Below are positions 39,095-50,081 of a stretch of DNA of 64,000 bases, piece after piece. A program made the translations under genes and the position numbers. Source of the stretch: Podarcis erhardii. Its lineage: Eukaryota. The DNA is taken from assembly GCA_964252035.1 (NCBI GenBank), contig OZ176202.1, one strand, 5' to 3'. How positions within the stretch are numbered: the first letter of the stretch is position 1; each line of letters opens with the position of its first letter. The notes beneath the pieces were generated by a model. The model was not told the origin of the DNA. It worked only from the letters and a program-made list of their open reading frames with translations, and made no database searches.

Positions 39095-39800
39095 GTGGAG
39101 TGTGTGATCCCATTGTTACTTGTGACCCCTAAACAGCATTCAGTACCATCAAAACCTTCCCAAGGTGGGGCTGGGAGGTATTGTTTTATGGTGGCATTGG
39201 TTCCCCAATGTGGCGGAGGGTTGTTCCTTGTAGGTGGAGGACTAGTCCTCTATCCCATGGCATTTGGTTTACAGGGTGTCAGAGGGTTTCACCTTGTCCC
39301 ACATGCACTTCAATACCTATAACGAAACAGCTGGGAGAATTCATGCAGAAGTTTATGCTGAAGTGTCACTGGTATTCCGATCACACACAGCTCTCGTTTC
39401 CATACTCTGATTCTATGGAAGCTGTGGAAACCCTGAATCAGTGTCTGGTGGCACTTATGGTGTAGATGAGGACAAATAAACTGAAAAGTAATCTGGGTAA
39501 GATGCAGATGCTGTTGGCTGATGAATCTGCTGATGTGGATAGAAATGATCTGACCCTTTGGCTGACTCCTAAACTAAAATCCTAATTGGAGGGAGTATAC
39601 TGTATCTGGCCTCACTTATTTATAACCAACATGGAATAGCTAACATGGCACCCTCCAGATGTTGCTGGACTCAAACTCCCACAGCCAATTGTCAAAGATG
39701 ATGGGAACTGTACTCCAATATTGTCTGGAAGGCACCACATTGGTACCCCTGACCTAGTTACATCCAGCCTGGGTTACTGCAATGTTCTCCTGTACAAACT
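39095..39800 (+). mobile_element. Degenerate L2 reverse-transcriptase fragment with a nested hAT-type MITE (~39635-39752)
   Basis: Translates to YSDHTQL...EAVETLNQCL (YADDTQL motif) with remnants of SAAFDTID, GVPQGS..SP.LFNIY and SRLDYCN. It is interrupted by a ccctccagatgttgctggactcaaactccc element. Confidence 0.75.
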
Positions 39801-40398
39801 ACATTTTTACAAGAGTTGTTTGAAGGAGGAAACTGAGTTTTATGCAGATAAACATGTTTATGTGTTTCAGTGTCTGCTAAACATATGCAGGGATACTATA
39901 TGTATATAGTATTTAATCCTTTGCATCTGGATGTTATTTTACACATCAGTGGTCAACATGGTTATTCTCACTTCTTTCTTTTTAATGGAATCAAATGCCA
40001 TGACTACTAAAAAAGGGTTTTCTAATTTTATGTTATTTATTGCCTCAGAAAGGAAGGGGGCAGAATTTCCTAACATGGTATAAATAACCTGGACATCCGC
40101 AGTCAACATACACAAGAGGACCATAAATAAAGTCACCGGAAATCATCATGAATAATTCCTTCACAACTTAATGCCTTTTAATTTAAAAACAGTTACACCT
40201 GAGCATAAACATAATATGACACAAAAATACATCCCACCCACATATTGATGCAAAACAGGTTTTCACAACAAAGTAGAAAACGAATTTGGCAATGCTTTGA
40301 GTGTAACAAAAACAGAATTCTGCAAAACTTATTGTATTACTATTGCATTGTTTTAATACTATTAACATTAATGTGCATTAATAATATACATTAAAACT

Positions 40399-40404
40399 TT
40401 TATT
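40399..40404 (-). terminator. Candidate AHI1 poly(A) signal AATAAA (another at 40036-40041)
   Basis: tttatt on the + strand about 500 nt (and about 860 nt) past the AHI1 stop in an AT-rich UTR. Not distinguishable from chance without transcript data. Confidence 0.4.
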
Positions 40405-40901
40405 TTAAATATCAATATACAAAAAGCTATCTGTTGCATTCTGTAGTGATGGTAGCTGGCATTTATTCATATGATTATTCACTCTCATTTGCAGATGCAC
40501 ATCAGTATGTGAGATGGTTGCAAAGGCTATTCTTCAGTAAACAGTTCTTTTGACTTTACCCATGAAAGTGCTTTTTTAAATTTTAAACAAACTATCTTGG
40601 ACCACTTTATCTTGACATGAATAGGCCCAACAAAAACTGATTATTTCAATAGTATTGAAGATATTTCAATTGAGAAATATTGAGATATTTCAAAGTGTTT
40701 TCTATTCGCAAAAATGAAATACTGAAGTCATACTTGCTGCTTGAACTCATATGCATTTCAGTGGAACATTCAGTACATGCTCTTCTCCTTGGGCTCACCA
40801 CACCATGATAAACATGATATCATCATTCCACGATAAACAGTGGAATGTTTTTCCATACAGCTTTTTATCCATGAAATCAGCATCCAAAAACAAAATAGAG
40901 A

Positions 40902-41118
40902 CTATGCTTTGGGAGAGTCCAGCTGGAAAGCATCATTCGAAGTTCCACTTGAACTTGCAGTTTTGACAGCTCTTTTCTTCCTCTTCTTCACCATGCTTTT
41001 CTTAGGTTCATCCTCAACATCATTAGATGGAAAGTTGTCAGTTGCATTAGCCTTGCATTCTGTGGCTTCCGCCTGCTCCATTTGTATGCCTTTCTTCTTT
41101 GTCTTCCTCTTTCCACTC
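40902..41118 (-). CDS. AHI1: AHI1 terminal coding exon: (Q)SGKRKTKKKGIQMEQAEATECKANATDNFPSNDVEDEPKKSMVKKRKKRAVKTASSSGTSNDAFQLDSPKA*
   Basis: Strong acceptor ttttattctactttccccatAG at 41119-41120 and phase-2 entry consistent with the upstream exon. 71 codons then TAG at 40902-40904. Confidence 0.8.
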
Positions 41119-42131
41119 CTATGGGGAAAGTAGAATAAAAGACTGTGTTAGAAATTTGTCAGACTAAAACTATTTAGACTGTGCTTCTTCCCAGTCACTA
41201 GCCTTTAGATTCCATTTCTGAGGCTACTGCGGCTGATCTCATGGTGCTGGGACACACTAAAACTGTGTCTAAAGGAAACATGATCCTCAAGACAAGTATG
41301 CTGAAAGTGGGTGAACACTTTAAACTAACCCTTTGACAATTTGTTGATTGATCTTTCAGAAGAAATCCAGGTAGGGAGATGCTAAGAGAGTAATTTTCAT
41401 ATTTTCAGAGGAAAAGATCAAGAATTCACAGATGCAACTCTGATTGGTAAAACCCCATAGTAGCCTAGTCAGTTATAGACAGTGTAATTTAACCTTGTTA
41501 GTATAACTACAAAGATCTGCATACAGTATCTTAGTTTGCCCAGCATTACTAACTAGCAGTGGACTAGGGGAAAATGTGGAGGGCAAGAAATCAGTGAGTA
41601 TTTTAGGAAAGAAACTACCAGTGTAAGTGGATGCTGGATTGTGACTAAGTGCTCAATGAGTCCTTGCCCTCAAGTTTTCCTCTTTTCCCATCTCCTTATC
41701 CCCCTGTGTAGTTTTCTTCAGGCTTCTACGACCTGAATATTGGCTCTGTTCTGCCTAGTATTCTTTTAGCCTAAACTTATGAACTTTTGTTGTAATGCAT
41801 ATTGCACTGATTCCTGCAGTAGCATCCCATATTCTGGTTTCTACATAGTGCATCTAACAAAGCAATTGAATGTGTGGATCAAATCTTTTATGAGTAGTTC
41901 ATCCAAAGAAAGGAAAAGTAACATCATGGATTAATGACACAATAAATTTCTTAGGACATTTGGAATATGACTGTCAGTTGTGATACAAACCACTGTTTAC
42001 ATTTTCTTTAACTTCTCTGAACCATTTAGTTTCTAGAGTTACATTAAAATCACCGCTTTTTTGTTTGTTTTTTACTACTTCTAAGCAATGGAACAAACAA
42101 AGCAGGCTGCTTTCCACAAATGGTTGCTTAC

Positions 42132-42205
42132 TGTGTAGTCAGGTAGTCTGTGTCATTCTCTGAAATAAATCTTTGGTCTCCTGACTTATTGAAGTATGCT
42201 GACAT
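42132..42205 (-). CDS. AHI1: AHI1 exon (74 nt, phase 0-2): MSAYFNKSGDQRFISENDTDYLTT(Q)
   Basis: Acceptor tttcctattttgcAG and donor CA|GTAAGC. Phase matches both neighbours and the recalled human 59-nt exon. Confidence 0.8.
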
Positions 42206-44761
42206 CTGCAAAATAGGAAAACTTTAATCAGTAAAGGAGAAAGGGGGGGGGAGAAGAAAATGGGGTCAACACGTGTACGACAAAAAACCCACGGGCTTCC
42301 TGAATGAGGGTAGAATATACCTCGCTTCAGAAAGAAGATCCCTCACGCATGAAATTCTCACCCTTTGTGGTTAAAAAGGAGGAAACAGTTCCACAGCTTT
42401 TAAACCCCCTTGAAATGTTCAGGTGTGTTTAGCAAAAACATACACATACATTCTCACACACAAGTTATGAATCTATGCTTGAATGAGTCTTCAACGGGGA
42501 CTGCATTTGTTTTTAAATGTTATTGACAATGTAATGACTATTAACATCAGTTTTCACTCTGAGGGGAGATTTGTAAAAACCCCAAAATTACACCTGTGTG
42601 CACTGATTATTTTAAAATATCAGCTAAATGCAATGTCAGAATATTTTAAAGATATGGTAGTTAAAGCCAGAAATTAATAAGCATACAAACTGCCACATAC
42701 CAATTCCAAATGTTACTGCTGTACAGTATTATTGTTTTTTTAAAAAAACAACAGGGTATGTTCAATGTAACGCAGCACCTACATATTCTACCTTAGTGCT
42801 ATGATGGAGATCAATTACAGATCACTATTGTATAGATCCAAAATTAGATCTAGCAACATCAGAATCTAGTTTAGGACTAGATTTTTTAAAGGATTGTCTC
42901 CTCCATTTGAGCCTGCCCAACCATCAGAAATATGGTGGTTCAGTAGCAAGATAAAGCCTTTCTAGCTGTAGCACCCAATATCTGGTGAGTGTCTCAAGGG
43001 AAGCCCTGGCCCCCAGTGAACCTTGATTTCAGATAGGTAGAACAGACAGATTGATATATTATTATTATTTTGCGGAGTACAACCTTTAAGCTGTTAAAAA
43101 AATAACCCTGCTACTTTCTTTAGCTTAAGTCCTTTTATATATTTTTGTTTGTCTTGATTGTAAATTGTCTATAATAGTTAGTTAGAAACAGAAATGCTAA
43201 CAGTGCTATTATTATGATAATTTTGCTCTGTGGTAATAGGTAAGGAAGTAAATGACCCCTGGACAGTTAAGTCCAGTCAAAGGTGACTTTGGGGTGCAGC
43301 ACAAGGGAGCCAGCGTTTGTCCTCTATGACAATCAGATAACTTGCATGGTTTCTAACTATCTCATTCCATAGAAATATAGTGGAAAATGAACAAGTGTGG
43401 CTCACTGAATCTGATGCTGGACTTAAGAGATTTAGGCTCAAACAAAAGTATTAATGGGATATGTATGTAGTGGATACTTTTTACTTTTACTTTGCATTTT
43501 ATGAGATGTGATGGCATGGATATTCTGAAATGGTACAACTGTAAAATTGTACCCCTCATGCATTCATTAGAATTCATATGTATTTTTCTTTATCTGTATC
43601 TATTATATGGAAATTTCAGAAAATAACGGCAAAACCGCTGTCCATACTGTATCAAAATTGCCATTATGAAACACCCTTATGAAACACTCCACAATCCAGA
43701 GAGCTCCTTTAGGTGCAGCCATGGGACTTTTGAATTTGTGTGATTTTTAATCAGCAGCTTCTCATGTGCTTCACAAACTCCTCCAGGTTTCAAAAACTCC
43801 TCCAGGTTTCAAATCACCCCCAAACTGCCATCTGGTGTGGAGGTGGGGTTGTGGGCATGTGCAGCTCACTGTGGGATTCTATGGGCTTTGAGTTATGGCT
43901 GAACACAAACTTATATATTCACTTTTAGCCATGTTAATGATTCTGCCTGATCACTGTAAAATACAATGCTAAATATATGATTGAAGTTACTCTCAGAATT
44001 CAGGTTAGGGTAACATTTGAGACAACCTGCCAGGTGAATTCTTGAGTACACTTTTTCTTATTTTTGCTGATGTAGGATACCTAATTAATACAAAATTTTT
44101 AAGTGCATATGCACACACAAATTTATCTAGAAAAAAATATGAACTCCTTTTAAGTGCGTTGACTCTAAAATAAAGTAAATGAATGAGCAACTGATGAGCA
44201 CAATTATATTGTTCCATCTTTCTGAGCAGCTGATGTTTATTTGAAGTTGTCCCAGTTATGCCTAACTTAAATCAGTTTTCCCAATGGCAAATGTTTATGC
44301 CCACAAAAGATTCCGGTGCACAGTCCTTGCAACAGGCACTCACTGCACAGGGCTCTGGATCCCGAATGTAACATACTCTTGATTGACATAACAACCATCT
44401 ATCATGAAGCTGCAATTAGAAAGGAATACAAACCATTTGGAATCTTCACTTTATTAGCATTTCTGGATATGTTTACTGCTAAATCAAGCTAAACAATTTG
44501 TAGCAACAATTTAACTTAGTTAAATTTCATCTCTCCCTTTCTGCCAAATGAAATGTTTCCCAACATGTACGGATTGTATTTTGTAGGCATAAAAACCTCC
44601 AGGCTTCCACTGTTTTGAGAAATGCTGAATTCATGCAAGCCCATGCATTAAAATTAACATATGCTGGAAGCACTTGGCAATTAACCTGTTATCACAAGAA
44701 ATGGTAAATGCAATCCCATCTTGCATAATTGTGCCATATGCCCTTTCCCACAAACAGTTAC

Positions 44762-44859
44762 CCCAGGCATAGCTGGCGATGCTGATTCTCCCAGTTCACT
44801 GAAAAGAAGAGGTGTAGAATCTTCGGCCAAACCTGAAGATAGTTGTTCTTCATATTGTG
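44762..44859 (-). CDS. AHI1: AHI1 post-SH3 exon (98 nt, phase 1-0): (T)QYEEQLSSGLAEDSTPLLFSELGESASPAMPG
   Basis: Acceptor attcattttcAG and donor GGG|GTAACT. Same length and phase as the recalled human 98-nt exon (TLYQELPP...). Open frame. Confidence 0.85.
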
Positions 44860-46076
44860 CTGAAAATGAATCATAAGTAATTAATTAATTATGACTAACA
44901 TGGCACTAAAGAGATAATCTAACTTGATCCATAGCGTTTTGGGGTCAGCTTCTCCATCGTTATTCAATATACCCATTTCAGTAACTCAAGGCTATTGATT
45001 TTTGTAGTAGTTCCCTGGCTGTTGCATATGATACAGAAAGTCTCTCTCCATACATCTATACTCTCCATCTCTATACAAAATCAATACTGCAACATTTGGA
45101 AGGGAGACTACAAAACACGGAGAAAATGAATAGCCAACTGCCTTTGCTCACTCCAATATGTTTACCATATGCCTCGGTTCCATCCGTTCATGAGTTCATC
45201 ATATAGATACCAAACATTTAGAGGTATATGGATAGCAGTTATTGGAAATAATTAAAAATGGGGATTTAATAGATGGACTTTTGCATAGGGTGCCCTCTGG
45301 TGTGGAGACTAATTCTAACATCAGTGGGTACAGTTCTCAGTAATAATATGGACACTTTTGTAAGGAAAGAGACACTTATAGACATGTACGGATTATGCTG
45401 AGACTGTTAAGTCTGTGAATGCACTTGTGGTTATCTTCTTTGAGAACATTTGCTTAATTTAAAAAAAATCTTAATTATATGATTTTAGTTTTGAAAGTCC
45501 TGGCAGAAGGCTTCCACTGACAGGGCTCCATAGGTGACTCTCACCCATTGCATCAGACATCTCCTCCCATGTGAAAAGGCATACCTTCCTTCACAATATA
45601 AAGGGGTGTGTGCCTTTCAAAATAGTGCTTGTTATCCCTGATTTTTTTAAAAAATTAAAAGGGCATATATTCTGACCTCAATTTTTAGACAAAACCAAAT
45701 GTTCAGCAGAGTGCATGCTTTAAACATTTAAGATAGCAGCTTCAACATCTTCCGTTATAAGGTGATGGCAGTCAGCAAGACAGGGCAACTCTCTGCCTTG
45801 AAACCTTGTTCACTCTAACAACATTCTACAATGAGGTTAGAGTGAACAATATAAGGTAGTTATGGTAGTCTCAGTGTGTGGTAGCTCTTCACTTTCTTGT
45901 TTGTTGGTCAGACTAGTGCATGCTTGTTCAAATTTCACATTTAATCCTACTTTAATTATTTTAATATATCAGATGTATGCTGAACACATCAGCACACCGG
46001 CACAGAATGACAAATCTTTGATAATCAGTTAAGGCCCCACAAGCAGAAAAATACTAGGGAGAAGTATTATACGTAC

Positions 46077-46239
46077 TTTCGCCAACCACATAATTGGCTG
46101 GAAAATAGCCTTGCTGTCCATTCGCCAGGCTGCCAAACCACCAGTTATCATTATCTTTGTATAACACTTGGATAATGTCACTGCAATGGATGGTTAGCTC
46201 ATCTGATCGATGCGCTGTGTAGTCATAAAGAGCCACTAC
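46077..46239 (-). CDS. AHI1: AHI1 SH3-domain exon (163 nt, phase 0-1): [54 protein letters not shown]
   Basis: SH3 signature [19 protein letters not shown], close to human AHI1 [23 protein letters not shown]...WWYG...GYFPANHV. Acceptor tctctttcgtAG, donor A|GTACGT. Confidence 0.97.
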
Positions 46240-47688
46240 CTACGAAAGAGATAAGACCACCACAGCTTTATCACAAATGCACCACAGAGACGAAACACCA
46301 ACATTCACTTCCTCTAATAGAAAAATTGCTGTAACCAAAACTACACTTGGGTGAGAGCTGAGGCTGTCTCAGGTTTTGGGGCTGGTGGGAACACAGCAGG
46401 AGAAGGAAGATAAAGGGGTTGTGGGATTCAAGAAAGAGTTAAGAACATTCAAAGGCACCAAGATTAGCTTCAAAAAAACAACAGCAGCTGCTGGTTCTAT
46501 AAGCAAATAAAGTTTGATACATTTACTTTCTCAGAATTGTTATACCACTCTCAGAGCCCACTTTATTTGTGAAATCATCTGCCTGGAGGTACAAAACAAC
46601 ATATTGGAATGATCACTTGAGATATGGGGTAGTTTTGCTAGAAGGAAACTCTTTCAGAACATTTTGGGAAATGCTGCATTGATGATTTTTCTACTGCACT
46701 TTAGATGACTTTTAAAAAATCATAATTAAATGATAAAAGTTTGATATTGCTCAGTACAACACTTCATATTATTTACTTACACAGTATACTGATCTTGCAG
46801 TAAAGATGGTTATGTTTAAATAAAGTCATTTCAAAAATCAGGTAAAAGACTTATTTTGGCAAAGTCTCCTATATCGTGGTGCATTCTGATGAGTTTAGCA
46901 GAGCAATCCATTTGATCTGCATTTTTAAAGGCTGCTGCACATGACAAGCTACTTTGTGCTGTGGGCGTCCTTAAATCATAATGCATGGAAACTATGTGTG
47001 TTTAAGAATCCACTTACCTGCAGCAACTCAAAGCAGAAAACCCCCCAAACTTTGACTATGTCACTGCAAGCTCGTATTTAGATCAGTTAGTTCACAAATG
47101 AATTGCCATGGCATGTTGGATATTTTTACACTGCATTACATCTTATCAAAAATGCCTTTTCCATGTAGTGGTCCAGTGTTGGGACATCACCGCAAACCCA
47201 TTTTTATTTAGGTGACTTCTTGATGGCATTGCAATAACAGGCTTCTTTGGGTGAAGTGTGCAATCTCACCAATGGTGTAATGAAAAGCAGCTATCATGTG
47301 ATGGTTCTTCATGAGTGGCTGTGGGAAGACAGAATTGTTTTTGCTACCTGATAACCCTTTGCCACTACTGAGAACATCTGTATTGTAAGAGGAAACTAGA
47401 TAGCAAAAAAAGATGAAGATGGAATTTATGACATAGTACTTATGGGGATTCCCCCCCCCCCAAAAAAAAAACTTTCCAAAAGGCAGGATGTCATTCCATT
47501 AAATAATTGCAAAATATATGATGTTACCTAATCTCTTTTGCAAATATTAATAAAAATTCAGCAATAACTAGAAAACCTTACAGGGCACCTAAGGTAAAAA
47601 TAAAAAATTGACGAAATGTAACAATTGCTAAGATGAAAAATCAACACACAATAGAGAAAATAGATTTTAAAAGTTGCCTGGCACTTAC

Positions 47689-47760
47689 TGTTTCTTGGAC
47701 AGAGACTGAACCGGAACTAGTGTCTCCTCTCACATAGGGTGCTGCTGGAAACTCAGCATT
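47689..47760 (-). CDS. AHI1: Candidate additional AHI1 exon (72 nt, phase 0-0): NAEFPAAPYVRGDTSSGSVSVQET
   Basis: Minus-strand acceptor atttcttccAG and consensus donor ACA|GTAAGT. Stop-free, a multiple of 3, and phase-compatible with both neighbours. Confidence 0.65.
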
Positions 47761-47773
47761 CTGGAAGAAATTA

Positions 47774-47988
47774 CAGTGGTACCTCAGGTTACAGACGCTT
47801 CAGGTTACAGACTCCGCTAATCCAGAAATAGTACCTCGGGTTAAGAACTTTGCTTCATGATGAGAACAGAAATCGCACGGCGGCAGCGGGAGGCCCCATT
47901 AGCTAAAGTGGTACCTCAGGTTAAGAACAGTTTCAGGTTAAGAACAGCCCTCCAGAATGAATTAAGTTCTTAACACGAGGTATCACTG
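47774..47988. mobile_element. Tigger/pogo-type (Tc1/mariner) MITE, 215 bp
   Basis: TA|cagtggtacctcaggtta ... taacacgaggtatcactg|TA TIRs with TA duplication (47772-47773, 47989-47990). Internal repeats of gtacctc(a/g)ggttaagaac. Confidence 0.9.
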
Positions 47989-50081
47989 TATTTAACAGGA
48001 ATAGATTGCATTAATGCAGGTGGGGAGTGGTGTAAAATTGTGGCTTGTCCACCCCTTCCAAACCCTGCTGGCTTCTGCTGCCCAGGGTGAGAGGTGTGGA
48101 CTAGCCACAGTTATGGCCTGCTCTGATTGTTTCCAATGGAGGGAGGAGGAATTAGTTAGCAACTTCAGGCCAGCATGGAGGGGGTAGGGCAATAGTGGAG
48201 TCTCCAAGGTATTTGATGACTGGAAGATTTCAGCAACCTTGAATTTATTACCTGTGAGGGTATGTGACTGTTTTACATTTTTAAAAACCTTAATTTTAAA
48301 TGGGGCTTTAATTTATTTTTAATTCCTTTGTGTTATCGCTTTAGTGTTTGCCACTCTGGGGTTCTCAGGGAGGAAGGGTAGGATATAAATAAAATAAAAA
48401 ATATATAATTTGGGAATACTAAATCTCAGTTAGGTAAAATAGATGTGATGGTGGCAAATCTGTGCTTCGACCTGCACCCATAGAAAATGCAGTGGAGGTG
48501 GTTTGATCAGCAAAAGATCAGGGAGACGAGGGCTGCTGAACCCTCCCCTTGTTCATGTCTTGCCACCCTGCACCCATAAAAGCATATTACCCTCAGCTGG
48601 GCTTTAATACTAGAAAGCGAGCCTTTTTGGGAAAGGGGGGGAGGGAGGGAAAACACTTGTTGAAAGAAGCTGAGGGACGGTAAGCTACATCCTGCAAGGA
48701 AGAGGAAGTTTTGTGCTCCTCACCCATGCACCCCTTTTTGCTGTTCAAACCAAGCCTTTCAGTCTTTCTAATGAACTGCAGCTGATCCAGGTTTAAACAC
48801 ACAAATCAGGCCTGGTTTGGCTCTTATAGCAGAGAACCAGTGGATCTACCTAATTGTCATTTCTCAGTGCAGCCATCCAGAAAGGGCAAGTTTGAGCCTA
48901 TTCTTGGCTCTTCATTCCTTGATATGAGCATTTGTAGAGTAGCAACACTGTCAAGGCAGTGAGTTTTACCCGAAGGGAAGGAGTGGCTCTTGTTACTCAG
49001 TGATGAGTCATGGTGATGATGATGATTACTATTCTCATTATAATTCTTTTCAAAAAGATATTTATGAGTTCTCCAAAGGCCCCATCAAACTTCCTTGAGC
49101 TGAGGTAAGCTTTAGGAAATAATAGATTAAAAACTTCAGCATGCCCAGGGATATTTTGAATGCTTCCAGATGTTGTATTAAAGCTTTATTAATATGTGGA
49201 TACAAAGTGCTTCCACCTAAAGAAATGTGTTTTACTTTTCAATTGTTGGAATTGGGATGATACATAGCCTCCATTTAAGGACTTAACAGTGGTTAGTGTA
49301 TCATTTCTACTTCTTAATTTCACAAAACCTGTCCATGGAAGACATCTAGAGACAATTTGGTAAACTGAAAAATCAGCAAATAAGGAACAATGATGACTGG
49401 ATAGTAAGCATGTCACTAAATTTAGCTCAGGCTTTCCTAAGGTCTGTGGACTTAAGGCTTACAAACTTAAGGAATACTCAAATGCACAAAGGGCCATTTT
49501 AAACCCTTCTTCATAGCTGCTGTCTCCATATGGAAGGTTTACTTGCATCAGTTTGCCACACAGAGAAATGGATTCAGGGTTACCACCTTTTCATTGGCTC
49601 CTATGCCATAAAACACAGGCCAGCATGTAGAGATGTCAACAAGATTGTGCAACACAGCACCCATTATGATAGGCATATATACCCCTGTTTACGAGGTAAT
49701 ATAGATGTCTCCATGTCATAGGCAGTTTAGACAGAAGTTTGAGCAGATGTCATATAAAAGCTGTCTGAAAACCTGGAGAACCACTTCATCACTGTAGACC
49801 ATGAACTGGGAACCGATGGCCCTCTGGATGTTGCTAGACTGCACCTCCCATCTGCCCTGATCATTGAGCAGATTGGCTGTGGCTCATGTGAGTTGGAGTT
49901 CAGCAACATTTAAAACTATTATTTGTGTTGCTAAAGCCATTACAAAAAAAAAAAATACATAAAACAGAATAGATTACATAGTTAAAATGATAATTTAAAC
50001 CAGACATTCTGTCAGATAAATTCTTTAGGGGAGCAAACTCTTAACTTATCCCCACAAACTTTTCTCCTTTAAATTGTTGCT

